Of a stretch of DNA of 64,000 nt, positions 1-8,111 are shown piece after piece (within the stretch, counting starts at the first letter, position 1; each line of letters opens with the position of its first letter). The stretch lies in assembly GCA_903889905.1 (NCBI GenBank), contig CAISZI010000046.1, forward strand, positions 853-64,852, in the 5' to 3' direction. The notes under the pieces are model-generated. The model had not been told where the DNA came from. It made no database searches and saw only the letters and a program-made list of their open reading frames with translations. The DNA is from Candidatus Wirthbacteria bacterium (GTDB lineage Bacteria; Patescibacteriota; CG2-30-54-11). The translations under genes were made by a program, and so were the position numbers.

Positions 1-238
1 AGCTATATCCGTCCTGACGAATAATGACAAAAGCAAAGATGAGCACACTCACCAAAAACAACACTTGCGTACTCAGTGGCATGACTTGATTTTGGGTCGC
101 ATAGACAATGCCAATGATCAAATAAGTGACAATCAGAACCAGCATGGCGCGCCAGGAAGCGCTCTGCAACACTGTCTGTTGTCGTTCGTCGACTGCTGGT
201 GCCACAATCGTTTGTTTTAAAGTGGTTAAAATACTCAT
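1..238 (-). CDS. Small hydrophobic membrane protein, partial (C-terminus runs past the window start). Its start codon overlaps the XRE stop (ATGA).
   Basis: Own reading of the minus strand from the ATG at 238..236 gives MSILTTLKQTIVAPAVDERQQTVLQSASWRAMLVLIVTYLIIGIVYATQNQVMPLSTQVLFLVSVLIFAFVIIRQDGYS..., with two predicted TM helices. The listed ORF 3..290 is in another frame and looks spurious. Confidence 0.5.
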   Translation of the reverse strand, partial: MSILTTLKQTIVAPAVDERQQTVLQSASWRAMLVLIVTYLIIGIVYATQNQVMPLSTQVLFLVSVLIFAFVIIRQDGYS

Positions 239-465
239 GGCTTTGCCTCAGGCTGACTAAAAATAAAAACCTGCTCAATCGGCTGACCAAACAGTTGTGC
301 TAATTTGTGTGCCAAGCCAAGGGACGGCATATACTCTCCCCGCTCCAGGTAAGCAATGGTTTGGCGCACGACTCCAACCTGAGCGGCCAGATCTTCCTGG
401 GTCAGGCCGCGTTCCACACGTAGAACTTTTAAATTGGTGTCGAAGAGTTTAGTCATCGCTACCAA
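235..465 (-). CDS. HTH XRE-family (Cro/C1-type) transcriptional regulator
   Basis: The 76-aa ORF has the typical HTH_3 signature LRVERGLTQEDLAAQVGVVRQTIAYLERGEYMPSLGLAHKLAQLFG. Confidence 0.8.
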   Translation of the reverse strand: MVAMTKLFDTNLKVLRVERGLTQEDLAAQVGVVRQTIAYLERGEYMPSLGLAHKLAQLFGQPIEQVFIFSQPEAKP

Positions 466-605
466 TGTAATATATTTTTAACATTAAATTTCTCCAACTT
501 ATGCTTTAAATCCACCATCGGGATTAAAACGGCAGCTGTAATCAATCAAAGCACGCCCCAATTTTTATATGCTATACTAAGCTCCAACTCATTTGTTGAC
601 TGCTT

Positions 606-1844
606 ATGCCAATTAAAAATTCCGAACAGACCGAACAGAGCAAAAAAGATGTGGACAGGCACCTCCTTGCCGAGGCGTTATCTGAAGATCGTGAACTGAC
701 TGATTACCCCCTGCGCCATAGCCGTTCCACTTTACAGTGGCAGGAGGGTATTCCAACCCAACTTGAGCAACTCGATGTCTCACGGGGCCCTCCCAAAATT
801 TCCCAAAGGGCAGTCTCCCTACTGTTTCATTCACTTGCCAATCTCAAAATGCATACTCGGGCCTACCACCCTATCCCTGATGGCAGCCAGGATGTATTAG
901 ATACACTTCCTGAACTTGCTGAGGAAGCGATCCATTTTGTCCAAAAACTTGACACTTTACACCTCAAAGGTGTCAATGGGCACGCCGGACTGATGTCGCC
1001 GTTGCTGATTCTGCGACTGGCTCAGTCAGGAGATTTCAACATTGCCGGCCAACGACGTAAATCCCAGGTCGGTTTTGAATACGAACAACTTTGCTGCACC
1101 TGTCCCCCGCTTCTGGACATAGAATTGGAACTGCTTTCACAGATTTTTGAAACTCTGATTGCCCAGCTTGGCCCGATGGATAATCAAGGAATTGAACATA
1201 CCTTTGATATCGGATTACTCAAAAACAATCTGGCGGCAACGCGTTTTAACGACAGTGATAAATTTGACCGGTTTTCGAGCAAAGAGTTGGTCGTGCACAT
1301 GCTGTCCTCGGAATTGCAACGGTTCCTCGCCTATCTTCATCCCTGGTTGGAACGCGTTGGCAGGACTTCAGAAGAAGCAATGGCATTGTGTTCCCTGAGT
1401 TGCAGAGTGGAGCCATTATTTTTATCGACTCCAAGTAACCGCTCTACACACGCGGGCTATGAGCGTGGAATTGCCTTGGCGATGACCGCAATACCGGTGC
1501 TTCGACGCATTGGCAATTTGCTCAAATTACCGCCTGATGAAGTTGCATCAATCGGTACCGTGGGCGAGTTGTATGAACAAATGTTTAATCATGAAATCAC
1601 CAGAGTGTCTCATGTTCACCGCATGCTTTACCGCAGTCCAATGAAACACCTCCGCGGGCACAATGTCTTCCCAGACATCAACATCATGCGTGTTTACTTT
1701 ACGGCCTTGCACCAGACTATGACAGAATTAATGCAAACACTCACTGTGGATAACCTTTTGCAAGACCCTCATACCCTGCATTTGACCAGTCATTTACTTA
1801 ATCGTGGCCAAAAATTGCAAGTCCCACTATTGCCTCAAAACTAG
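606..1844 (+). CDS. Hypothetical protein (412 aa), no recognisable domain
   Basis: Long ORF with coding-like composition, divergent from the XRE regulator gene. A TATACT -10-like hexamer lies upstream. Confidence 0.5.
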   Translation: MPIKNSEQTEQSKKDVDRHLLAEALSEDRELTDYPLRHSRSTLQWQEGIPTQLEQLDVSRGPPKISQRAVSLLFHSLANLKMHTRAYHPIPDGSQDVLDTLPELAEEAIHFVQKLDTLHLKGVNGHAGLMSPLLILRLAQSGDFNIAGQRRKSQVGFEYEQLCCTCPPLLDIELELLSQIFETLIAQLGPMDNQGIEHTFDIGLLKNNLAATRFNDSDKFDRFSSKELVVHMLSSELQRFLAYLHPWLERVGRTSEEAMALCSLSCRVEPLFLSTPSNRSTHAGYERGIALAMTAIPVLRRIGNLLKLPPDEVASIGTVGELYEQMFNHEITRVSHVHRMLYRSPMKHLRGHNVFPDINIMRVYFTALHQTMTELMQTLTVDNLLQDPHTLHLTSHLLNRGQKLQVPLLPQN

Positions 1845-1929
1845 ACCAAAACACGTTTTAAACTTACTAACGATACAGGTATACTGTTGAGGAATTTCAC
1901 CTAGATTAATCAAATCACCAGAACCCCTC

Positions 1930-2979
1930 ATGCCGACAATAAACAACCCATCCGCCACCGACTGGCAATCCGCCCTCTCCGCTTTCCCCTCCGCCTCGTT
2001 CCTCCAATCCTGGGCTTGGGGCGAATTTCAGGCTGAGCTCGGGAATAACGTTGTCCGCGTCCTGCTCCAAGATGGCGGTAAAAATGTTGGTCTGGCGCAG
2101 ACTTATGTGGTCAAATCCAAATTCGACTCATTTCTCTATTGCCCGCGCGGGCCGCTGGCCCACAGCGAAGCGGCACTCGGTGAACTGCTGCAAATGCTCA
2201 AGCAGGTGGCCAGAGAGCAAAAAGTCACCTATTTACTGATTGAACCCGATATTGGGACAACGTCATACAATCAGACCGTTTATAATGCGCAAAAACTGAC
2301 ACCACGGGCAGGTTTCATTCAACCGCACAACACCTCCATGGTGTCTCTCCTGGCCGATTTGACAACGATCGAAGCTCAAGTACGCACTTCGACACGACAA
2401 TGCATCAAAGGCGCTGCCAAAAAGCACGTTACCATCGTCTCCTTTGACGATACTGCTCACTGGCAGGATTTTGCCAATCTACTCCAGATCACGGCCGCAC
2501 GCCAAGGATTTATCCCGCACCACCAACGCTATTTACAAAAACAGTTCGAATTCCTGGCCCAAAACGCCATGGCAAAACTCTACCTTGCCCTACTCGACGG
2601 TCAGCCCGTGGCCGGCGCGGTGATGGTTTACTTCAACCAGACCGCCACTTACCTGCATGCCGCGTCCAGCGATGCCGGACGGTCAGTTGGCGCCGCCCAA
2701 CTGCTGGTGATGACCACCATTGCAGACGCCAAAAACAACGGCATGACACAATACGACTTCTGGGGCATTGCGCCCCTAAACCAGCCGGAACACCCGTGGG
2801 CCGGCATCTCGACATTCAAACGCGGCTTTGGCGGCACGGACGTGCATTATCCAGGCGCGTTTGTCTACCCAGTCCGCAAGGTCAGCTATACTTTGCTGGG
2901 TTTGATTACCTTGATCAGACGCAACCGCGCTTTCAAAAGTTTCCAGCGCATTTTGTTTAGGAAAAGCATCAAGCCGTAA
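1930..2979 (+). CDS. FemAB-family peptidoglycan interpeptide-bridge aminoacyltransferase
   Basis: FemAB hallmark motifs SWAWGEF (N-terminal) and STFKRGFGG (C-terminal). A TATACT -10-like hexamer lies upstream. Confidence 0.7.
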   Translation: MPTINNPSATDWQSALSAFPSASFLQSWAWGEFQAELGNNVVRVLLQDGGKNVGLAQTYVVKSKFDSFLYCPRGPLAHSEAALGELLQMLKQVAREQKVTYLLIEPDIGTTSYNQTVYNAQKLTPRAGFIQPHNTSMVSLLADLTTIEAQVRTSTRQCIKGAAKKHVTIVSFDDTAHWQDFANLLQITAARQGFIPHHQRYLQKQFEFLAQNAMAKLYLALLDGQPVAGAVMVYFNQTATYLHAASSDAGRSVGAAQLLVMTTIADAKNNGMTQYDFWGIAPLNQPEHPWAGISTFKRGFGGTDVHYPGAFVYPVRKVSYTLLGLITLIRRNRAFKSFQRILFRKSIKP

Positions 2980-3836
2980 AGTCGGGGCGAGAATACCCAG
3001 TCATAAGCGCCACAAAAGCGGATAAATTCTCCGCCAAAACCTTTTTTGAAACGATGAAAACCCCACCACGGATGGTCAGGACTTTCCTGTTCCGGCGGCA
3101 GGCAGTTCCACATGTCAAAGGTGCGGCAACCGCGCTGTTTGGCCAGCATGATCGTTTCCCAGTACGCCAGATGCGAGGCCATTTTTTCACGCATGCGATC
3201 GGTTGAGGCGCCATAGGGATAGTAGAGATTGCCCTCATAAAACAGCAGAATCAAAGTCGACAGCGGCACGCCCTCAAAGTAGGCGGTAACGATCTCGAGC
3301 ATGTCGTGCTTGACGAACGTGTCAAAAAAAGTCTGGTAATACTTATCGGGGTGGATGACAACGTGGTGACGCTGGTTGGTTTCGTGGAAGAGGTCAAGGT
3401 ATTCGTTGAACATCGCCTGGCTGTGGCCGACCTTGATGGTGATGCCTTTTTTGCGCGCCAGGCCAATGTTGTAGCGTGTTTTGGAATGCATGGCCGCAAG
3501 CAGCTCCTGTTCCGTTTTCTGCAGGTCAATGAAATAGGTAGCGACGCCAAACATGCGTTCCCCACGCCGCACGTCAAATTCCTTGGGCCACTCAAACGTG
3601 TCACTGTTGGGTTCAACTTTGATAAAGATACAGCGTTCGGCTTTGGCTTTGGCTGCAATCGCCTGCCAGTCGATCTCCTGGGGAAACACACGCGGCATGT
3701 AACCAATTTTGAACGGCAAAAATGGCACTTTGTGCAGCGTAAATTGCGCTTTACCAATGTGACAGACTTCCGTGCCCCATTTCTTGCGAAACTCGCCCCA
3801 GGCCGATGACTGCAGCACGTGCGGTATAAATTCCAT
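2886..3836 (-). CDS. FemAB-family aminoacyltransferase, paralog, convergent with the previous gene
   Basis: Motifs SAWGEF and HRFKKGFGG. The preferred start is MEFIPH at 3836, preceded by AAGGAG; the tracked ORF extends to 3875. The 3' end overlaps the convergent paralog by 94 bp. Confidence 0.65.
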   Translation of the reverse strand: MEFIPHVLQSSAWGEFRKKWGTEVCHIGKAQFTLHKVPFLPFKIGYMPRVFPQEIDWQAIAAKAKAERCIFIKVEPNSDTFEWPKEFDVRRGERMFGVATYFIDLQKTEQELLAAMHSKTRYNIGLARKKGITIKVGHSQAMFNEYLDLFHETNQRHHVVIHPDKYYQTFFDTFVKHDMLEIVTAYFEGVPLSTLILLFYEGNLYYPYGASTDRMREKMASHLAYWETIMLAKQRGCRTFDMWNCLPPEQESPDHPWWGFHRFKKGFGGEFIRFCGAYDWVFSPRLYGLMLFLNKMRWKLLKARLRLIKVIKPSKV

Positions 3837-3967
3837 GAATCCAGGACTCCTTGGGCTAAAGGCATGACCAAACAAACGTTCCTGTTTGGCATTATAACAA
3901 AGATCGCCAGGCAGACGAAACGAAACCCTCAGGCCAAATCAAACAAAAGATGATACAATAATAAGAG

Positions 3968-5335
3968 TTGATAATTTATCAAAAACAAACACCCATGACC
4001 AATCCGCTACCTAAACCTGTCAAAAAAATACTGCGCATTGTCCTGATTGCCGCCGGAACTTTGGCCGGTATTGTCGTGGCCGCTGTTTTTCTGTTTTTTC
4101 TGCTTGCCCTGGTGGGTGTAGACAGCAACCCTCCGCAAGTTCAGGATCTGCAACTCGGACAAGTGACGGTGCCAAGCGATAACAATGCGTATTTTGATTT
4201 GATTAAACTAAAAGACACACAACAAGTAACCAATGACTTACAGCACACGCCCACTTATTCACCGTGGAAGCAAGCCGCTTTTGATAAACTCATCAATGCC
4301 AATACAGACGCCCTGGATTTGTACCGTCAGGCAGCACAACGGGATTATTTCCAGGATCCACGCCTGGCAAACCCCAGCCAGGTTTGCACTGTCGTCAACT
4401 CCAATCCGGCCAACTTGTCACAGTGGCTGCAAGTCTCCCGTGTCAGCAACCTCCAGGCACTCAATTATGCCCACGCAGGCAAAACCGATGTGGCGCTTAC
4501 TGTAGCAATGCTGACAGTCAATCTGGGTCATCGCATACAAGCCTCCCAAACCGACCTGATTGACTATCTCGTCGGTGTTGCGCTAACCAATTCCGGCCTC
4601 GAAACGCTGCAACAGATCCTGGACAATACGCCCACCATGGCTGACAATCTACTCCAAAACATTGCCAGCCAGCTTCAACCTCTTGCTGAACTGAATGACG
4701 GGCTTAGCGCAGGATTAAAGCTAAACTACCTGTCCAACGATTGCCTGATTAATCAGACCATCACCGATCCCAATGCACCCAATTACACGACGCTTGACTC
4801 GGCCGCAACGACTGACGCACTGACGAATTTGCTCAATAGCAACCGCTACTTTTTTCAGCCCAACCGTACCAAGGATTTGTTTGCCGCCGATACCCGTTCC
4901 ACCTTGGCAAAAATGCCGCATCTGCTGCCGGCTTCTGCTGCCAACACCCAGGAAACTACTGACGGACAAAACTTGTCATTGGCACAATTTTTTGCGCCCA
5001 ACAGTATGGGACAATCCCTGTATAACATTTCCCATGTCAATCTCGATTCCGCCATCAGCCGCAAGCAACAATCCGATTTCAAAATACTTTCCACCGCGAC
5101 ACTGTTTGCGCTCAAGGCTTACCAAAATGATCATCAGCAGCTGCCGGTCAGTCTCGCCGACCTTGTCCCCCATTACCTCACGCAAGTTCCAACCAACCCG
5201 ACCGGTGAAATGCTGGGTTATGATGCGGCCAAAAAAACGCTAAGCATCACCGCCGCGAGCCAGGTGCAGCAACCGGAGAGTTCACCCATCTCGAGCCCAC
5301 TCAATGCGACAGAAACGGTAAAGATCAACTTTTAA
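3968..5335 (+). CDS. Hypothetical membrane-anchored or secreted protein (N-terminal TM, Q/N/T-rich)
   Basis: N-terminal hydrophobic segment ILRIVLIAAGTLAGIVVAAVFLFFLLALVG, with no recognised domain. An alternative start is MTNPLP at 3995. Confidence 0.5.
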   Translation: MIIYQKQTPMTNPLPKPVKKILRIVLIAAGTLAGIVVAAVFLFFLLALVGVDSNPPQVQDLQLGQVTVPSDNNAYFDLIKLKDTQQVTNDLQHTPTYSPWKQAAFDKLINANTDALDLYRQAAQRDYFQDPRLANPSQVCTVVNSNPANLSQWLQVSRVSNLQALNYAHAGKTDVALTVAMLTVNLGHRIQASQTDLIDYLVGVALTNSGLETLQQILDNTPTMADNLLQNIASQLQPLAELNDGLSAGLKLNYLSNDCLINQTITDPNAPNYTTLDSAATTDALTNLLNSNRYFFQPNRTKDLFAADTRSTLAKMPHLLPASAANTQETTDGQNLSLAQFFAPNSMGQSLYNISHVNLDSAISRKQQSDFKILSTATLFALKAYQNDHQQLPVSLADLVPHYLTQVPTNPTGEMLGYDAAKKTLSITAASQVQQPESSPISSPLNATETVKINF

Positions 5336-5417
5336 GTCCCTGCCTTTGTTAATGCGTTCTTAATCTAAATTAGTGTAAGTTTAAGACGCTTCATCAAAAA
5401 AACAAAGGAGTGTCTCC

Positions 5418-5957
5418 ATGTTGACAATTAAGCCGAGCAAGCCGCTCGTGGTCAGTGTCATCTTCCTTTCACTGGTGGGAGCGACCACCCTGTTTGCCGC
5501 AACTGCTTTTGGCTCCAAAGGCAACTCACCGCCTCTCACCTCGGATCCCACGTCGCCCAAACAGGACAACGACTCTCCCCTCACTGTGCCACTTTCCCCT
5601 CCACTACGCGAGACCGGACGTGGCCACGAATTGCATGAAAGCACAAGTGAGCCCAAAGCGAACCTGCGCAAGGAGCAAACAGAGCACACTCCTCCCCCCG
5701 CAACGCTATTGCCCGCGGCTATTTTTACGCCCGATCCAGTCTCTTTACCCGCTGACCCACCCGTAACAGCACCCAGACAGGATGATGATCAAGGCACAAA
5801 TGGCGCCGAACCTAATGACCCAACTGACCATGACCAACAAGGTTTGCCCCTCACCCTGCCGCTGACCGGTCCCAATGACCATGGTCATTCGCGCTCCGAC
5901 AAGGGTCATAATCCGCCTGGTCGTGATGCAAGTGGTAGCGGACAGCCTCGCTCATAA
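5418..5957 (+). CDS. Secreted proline-rich, low-complexity protein
   Basis: Signal peptide MLTIKPSKPLVVSVIFLSLVGATTLFAATA followed by a P/T/D-rich disordered region. RBS AAAGGAG is 7 nt upstream. Confidence 0.55.
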   Translation: MLTIKPSKPLVVSVIFLSLVGATTLFAATAFGSKGNSPPLTSDPTSPKQDNDSPLTVPLSPPLRETGRGHELHESTSEPKANLRKEQTEHTPPPATLLPAAIFTPDPVSLPADPPVTAPRQDDDQGTNGAEPNDPTDHDQQGLPLTLPLTGPNDHGHSRSDKGHNPPGRDASGSGQPRS

Positions 5958-5987
5958 CTTTGTTTCCGCCCAAGAAAAACGATAGCA

Positions 5988-6020
5988 GACGGGATCCGCA
6001 TGATCCCGTCTGTTTTGTTA
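5988..6020 (+). terminator. Rho-independent terminator
   Basis: GACGGGATC-cgcatg-GATCCCGTC stem followed by TGTTTTGTT. Confidence 0.55.
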
Positions 6021-6023
6021 TAC

Positions 6024-6041
6024 TTCACACGGAATTCACAC
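6024..6041 (+). promoter_or_regulatory. Direct repeat TTCACAC-N4-TTCACAC (11-bp period) upstream of the response-regulator gene; candidate OmpR-type autoregulatory site
   Basis: Two exact heptamers with an 11-bp centre-to-centre spacing, 20 bp upstream of the regulator ATG. Confidence 0.3.
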
Positions 6042-6061
6042 CTTGGGGGTAAATTGGGATC

Positions 6062-6736
6062 ATGGCTATTTTGATTGTCGAAGACGAAGCATCGATTCGG
6101 GAAGTCCTTTGCGCTTACCTGCGACGGGACGGGTATGGTGTTGTGGAAGCACGCGATGGCCGTGAGGGTTGGGAACTTTTTGCTACGTGCTCACCCGAAC
6201 TGGTACTGCTGGATCTCAACCTACCTTATCTCGATGGCGTCACGCTGTGTCGCCAGATCAGAAATGTTTCGCCGGTTCCCATCATCATGGTCACTGCCCG
6301 CACCGAAGAAATCGATGAACTGCAAGGCCTCAACATTGGAGCCGATGATTACCTGCGCAAACCATTTTCACCTGGCGTACTCATGGCGCGTGTGCATGCC
6401 CTACTGCGCCGCTACCAGCCGGATACCATTACCTGTGGCGACCTCACCCTGGATCGTCCCAAAATGACCGTGCTCAAACAGGGGCTCAAAATCAATCTGA
6501 CCACCACCCAGTTCAATATCTTTTATGCCCTCATGAGCCGACCGGGCCAGGTTTTGACGCGGGAACAGATTCTGGATCATGCCAGTGGTTTTGCCGCCGC
6601 CGACGTGCTGGACCGCACTGTGGACGCGCACATCAAGACCATCCGTCACCTGCTGGAGGATGATTCGCGCCAACCTCGGTACATCCTGACCGTGATCGGC
6701 AAAGGTTATAAGTTAAATGACGAGCTCCAATCATGA
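6062..6736 (+). CDS. OmpR/PhoB-family response regulator (receiver plus winged-helix)
   Basis: Receiver motifs ILIVEDE, LLDLNLP and MVTAR, with a C-terminal wHTH region (YILTVIGKGYKL). Confidence 0.9.
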   Translation: MAILIVEDEASIREVLCAYLRRDGYGVVEARDGREGWELFATCSPELVLLDLNLPYLDGVTLCRQIRNVSPVPIIMVTARTEEIDELQGLNIGADDYLRKPFSPGVLMARVHALLRRYQPDTITCGDLTLDRPKMTVLKQGLKINLTTTQFNIFYALMSRPGQVLTREQILDHASGFAAADVLDRTVDAHIKTIRHLLEDDSRQPRYILTVIGKGYKLNDELQS

Positions 6737-8067
6737 CCAGACTCCTGAACCGCACTGCTATGCGCATTGCTCTGTTTACTGCGTTGCTCTGCACCTCGCT
6801 CCTTATCCTGCTCAACTTTGTCGTGCTGAACCGCAGCCGCAATGCGTTTCTCGATTCAGTGTCGGGCAAACCCTTTACTGTGGCCAGTATGGAAACCCCC
6901 AGTGCTGGCTCGATCGCGCTCAGCACCGGCGGCTTGACGACCACGATACCGCAGTCGGTCAGGGTTAGCGGCTCATCGGCCATCGCCGATGGCGTTGGCA
7001 TGATCAATCTCAACGAAAACGGCATGATGAGCTCAGGAACCATCACGGCCAGCGGTGGCACAACTGGCATATTGCCGGTATCAGGCACTTTGTTGCCAAC
7101 AGCTACGACCAGCCGCCTCATCAGCTTTCAGGCGACGGATCCCCTGTCGCAACTCCTGCTGCAGCATTTCACCAACACTTTTCAAAACTCCCTGATCTGG
7201 GTCACGCTTCTGGGGATCGTCGCCTCCATTGGTATGGGCTTTCTCATCTCGCGCCTGTTTGCCAAACCGCTGGGACGGCTCGAAAAAGGCATGCAGCAAC
7301 TGCGGGATAGTAATTATGCCATTGCGCTGGAACCGACCGGTAACGCGGACTTTGACGGCCTTATCGCTGCTTTTAATCACCTCACGCGGTCGCTCGCTGC
7401 GGCCGAAGCTTTGCGCAAAGAGCTGATCTCCGACACCTCGCACGAGCTCAAAACACCGCTTACCAGCTTGCGTGGCCAGCTCGAAGGTATCAAAGACGGC
7501 GTGCTCAACTGGGACAAGGAACGGATGGATCTGCTGCTTTCACAGGTCGACCGGCTCAATGGTTTGGTGGACACGTTGCAGGAATATGCTCGGCTCAGAT
7601 CCAAAATCCAAAAAATGGCACTGACCAACTTTTATCTCAAACCGTTCCTCAAAAACGCCCTGGCGCCCTTTGAACCACAATTCCACCAAGCCAAGCTCAA
7701 AACCACGCTTCACATCGACGACAAGTTCGTCATCACGGCCGACAAGTCGCTGCTCGCGCGGCTACTCACCAATCTGATCCAAAACACGCTGCAGTACGCC
7801 GAAGCCACGGAACTCACTATCGTGGCCAACGACAAACAAATCATCGTCCAAGACAACGGCGTGGGTATCCCGGCCGTGCATCTCGACAAAATTTTTGAAC
7901 GGTTTTATCGTGTCGAAAAGTCCCGGTCAAGAGACACGGGAGGCCTGGGTCTGGGGCTGGCGATTGTCAAAGAAATTGCCGCGGCACACGGGTGGGAAAT
8001 CACAGCTATCCCCAACCGTGAGACGACTGGTGTCGCTTTTGTCATGACGCTAACCTGCTCAACTTGA
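6733..8067 (+). CDS. Sensor histidine kinase (2 TM, HAMP, HisKA, HATPase_c)
   Basis: H-box SHELKTPLTSL and G-boxes DNGVGIP and GGLGLGLAIV. Start overlaps the regulator stop (ATGA). Confidence 0.9.
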   Translation: MTRLLNRTAMRIALFTALLCTSLLILLNFVVLNRSRNAFLDSVSGKPFTVASMETPSAGSIALSTGGLTTTIPQSVRVSGSSAIADGVGMINLNENGMMSSGTITASGGTTGILPVSGTLLPTATTSRLISFQATDPLSQLLLQHFTNTFQNSLIWVTLLGIVASIGMGFLISRLFAKPLGRLEKGMQQLRDSNYAIALEPTGNADFDGLIAAFNHLTRSLAAAEALRKELISDTSHELKTPLTSLRGQLEGIKDGVLNWDKERMDLLLSQVDRLNGLVDTLQEYARLRSKIQKMALTNFYLKPFLKNALAPFEPQFHQAKLKTTLHIDDKFVITADKSLLARLLTNLIQNTLQYAEATELTIVANDKQIIVQDNGVGIPAVHLDKIFERFYRVEKSRSRDTGGLGLGLAIVKEIAAAHGWEITAIPNRETTGVAFVMTLTCST

Positions 8068-8111
8068 TCTTTTCCGGTCCACAATACAGACAATTCCCAT
8101 CAACCAAAGAA

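Noticed and set aside
3-290. Tracked ORF 3..290 (-)
   Set aside because: It overlaps the XRE gene in another frame. The biologically sensible frame is the membrane-protein ORF starting at 238 with ATGA coupling.
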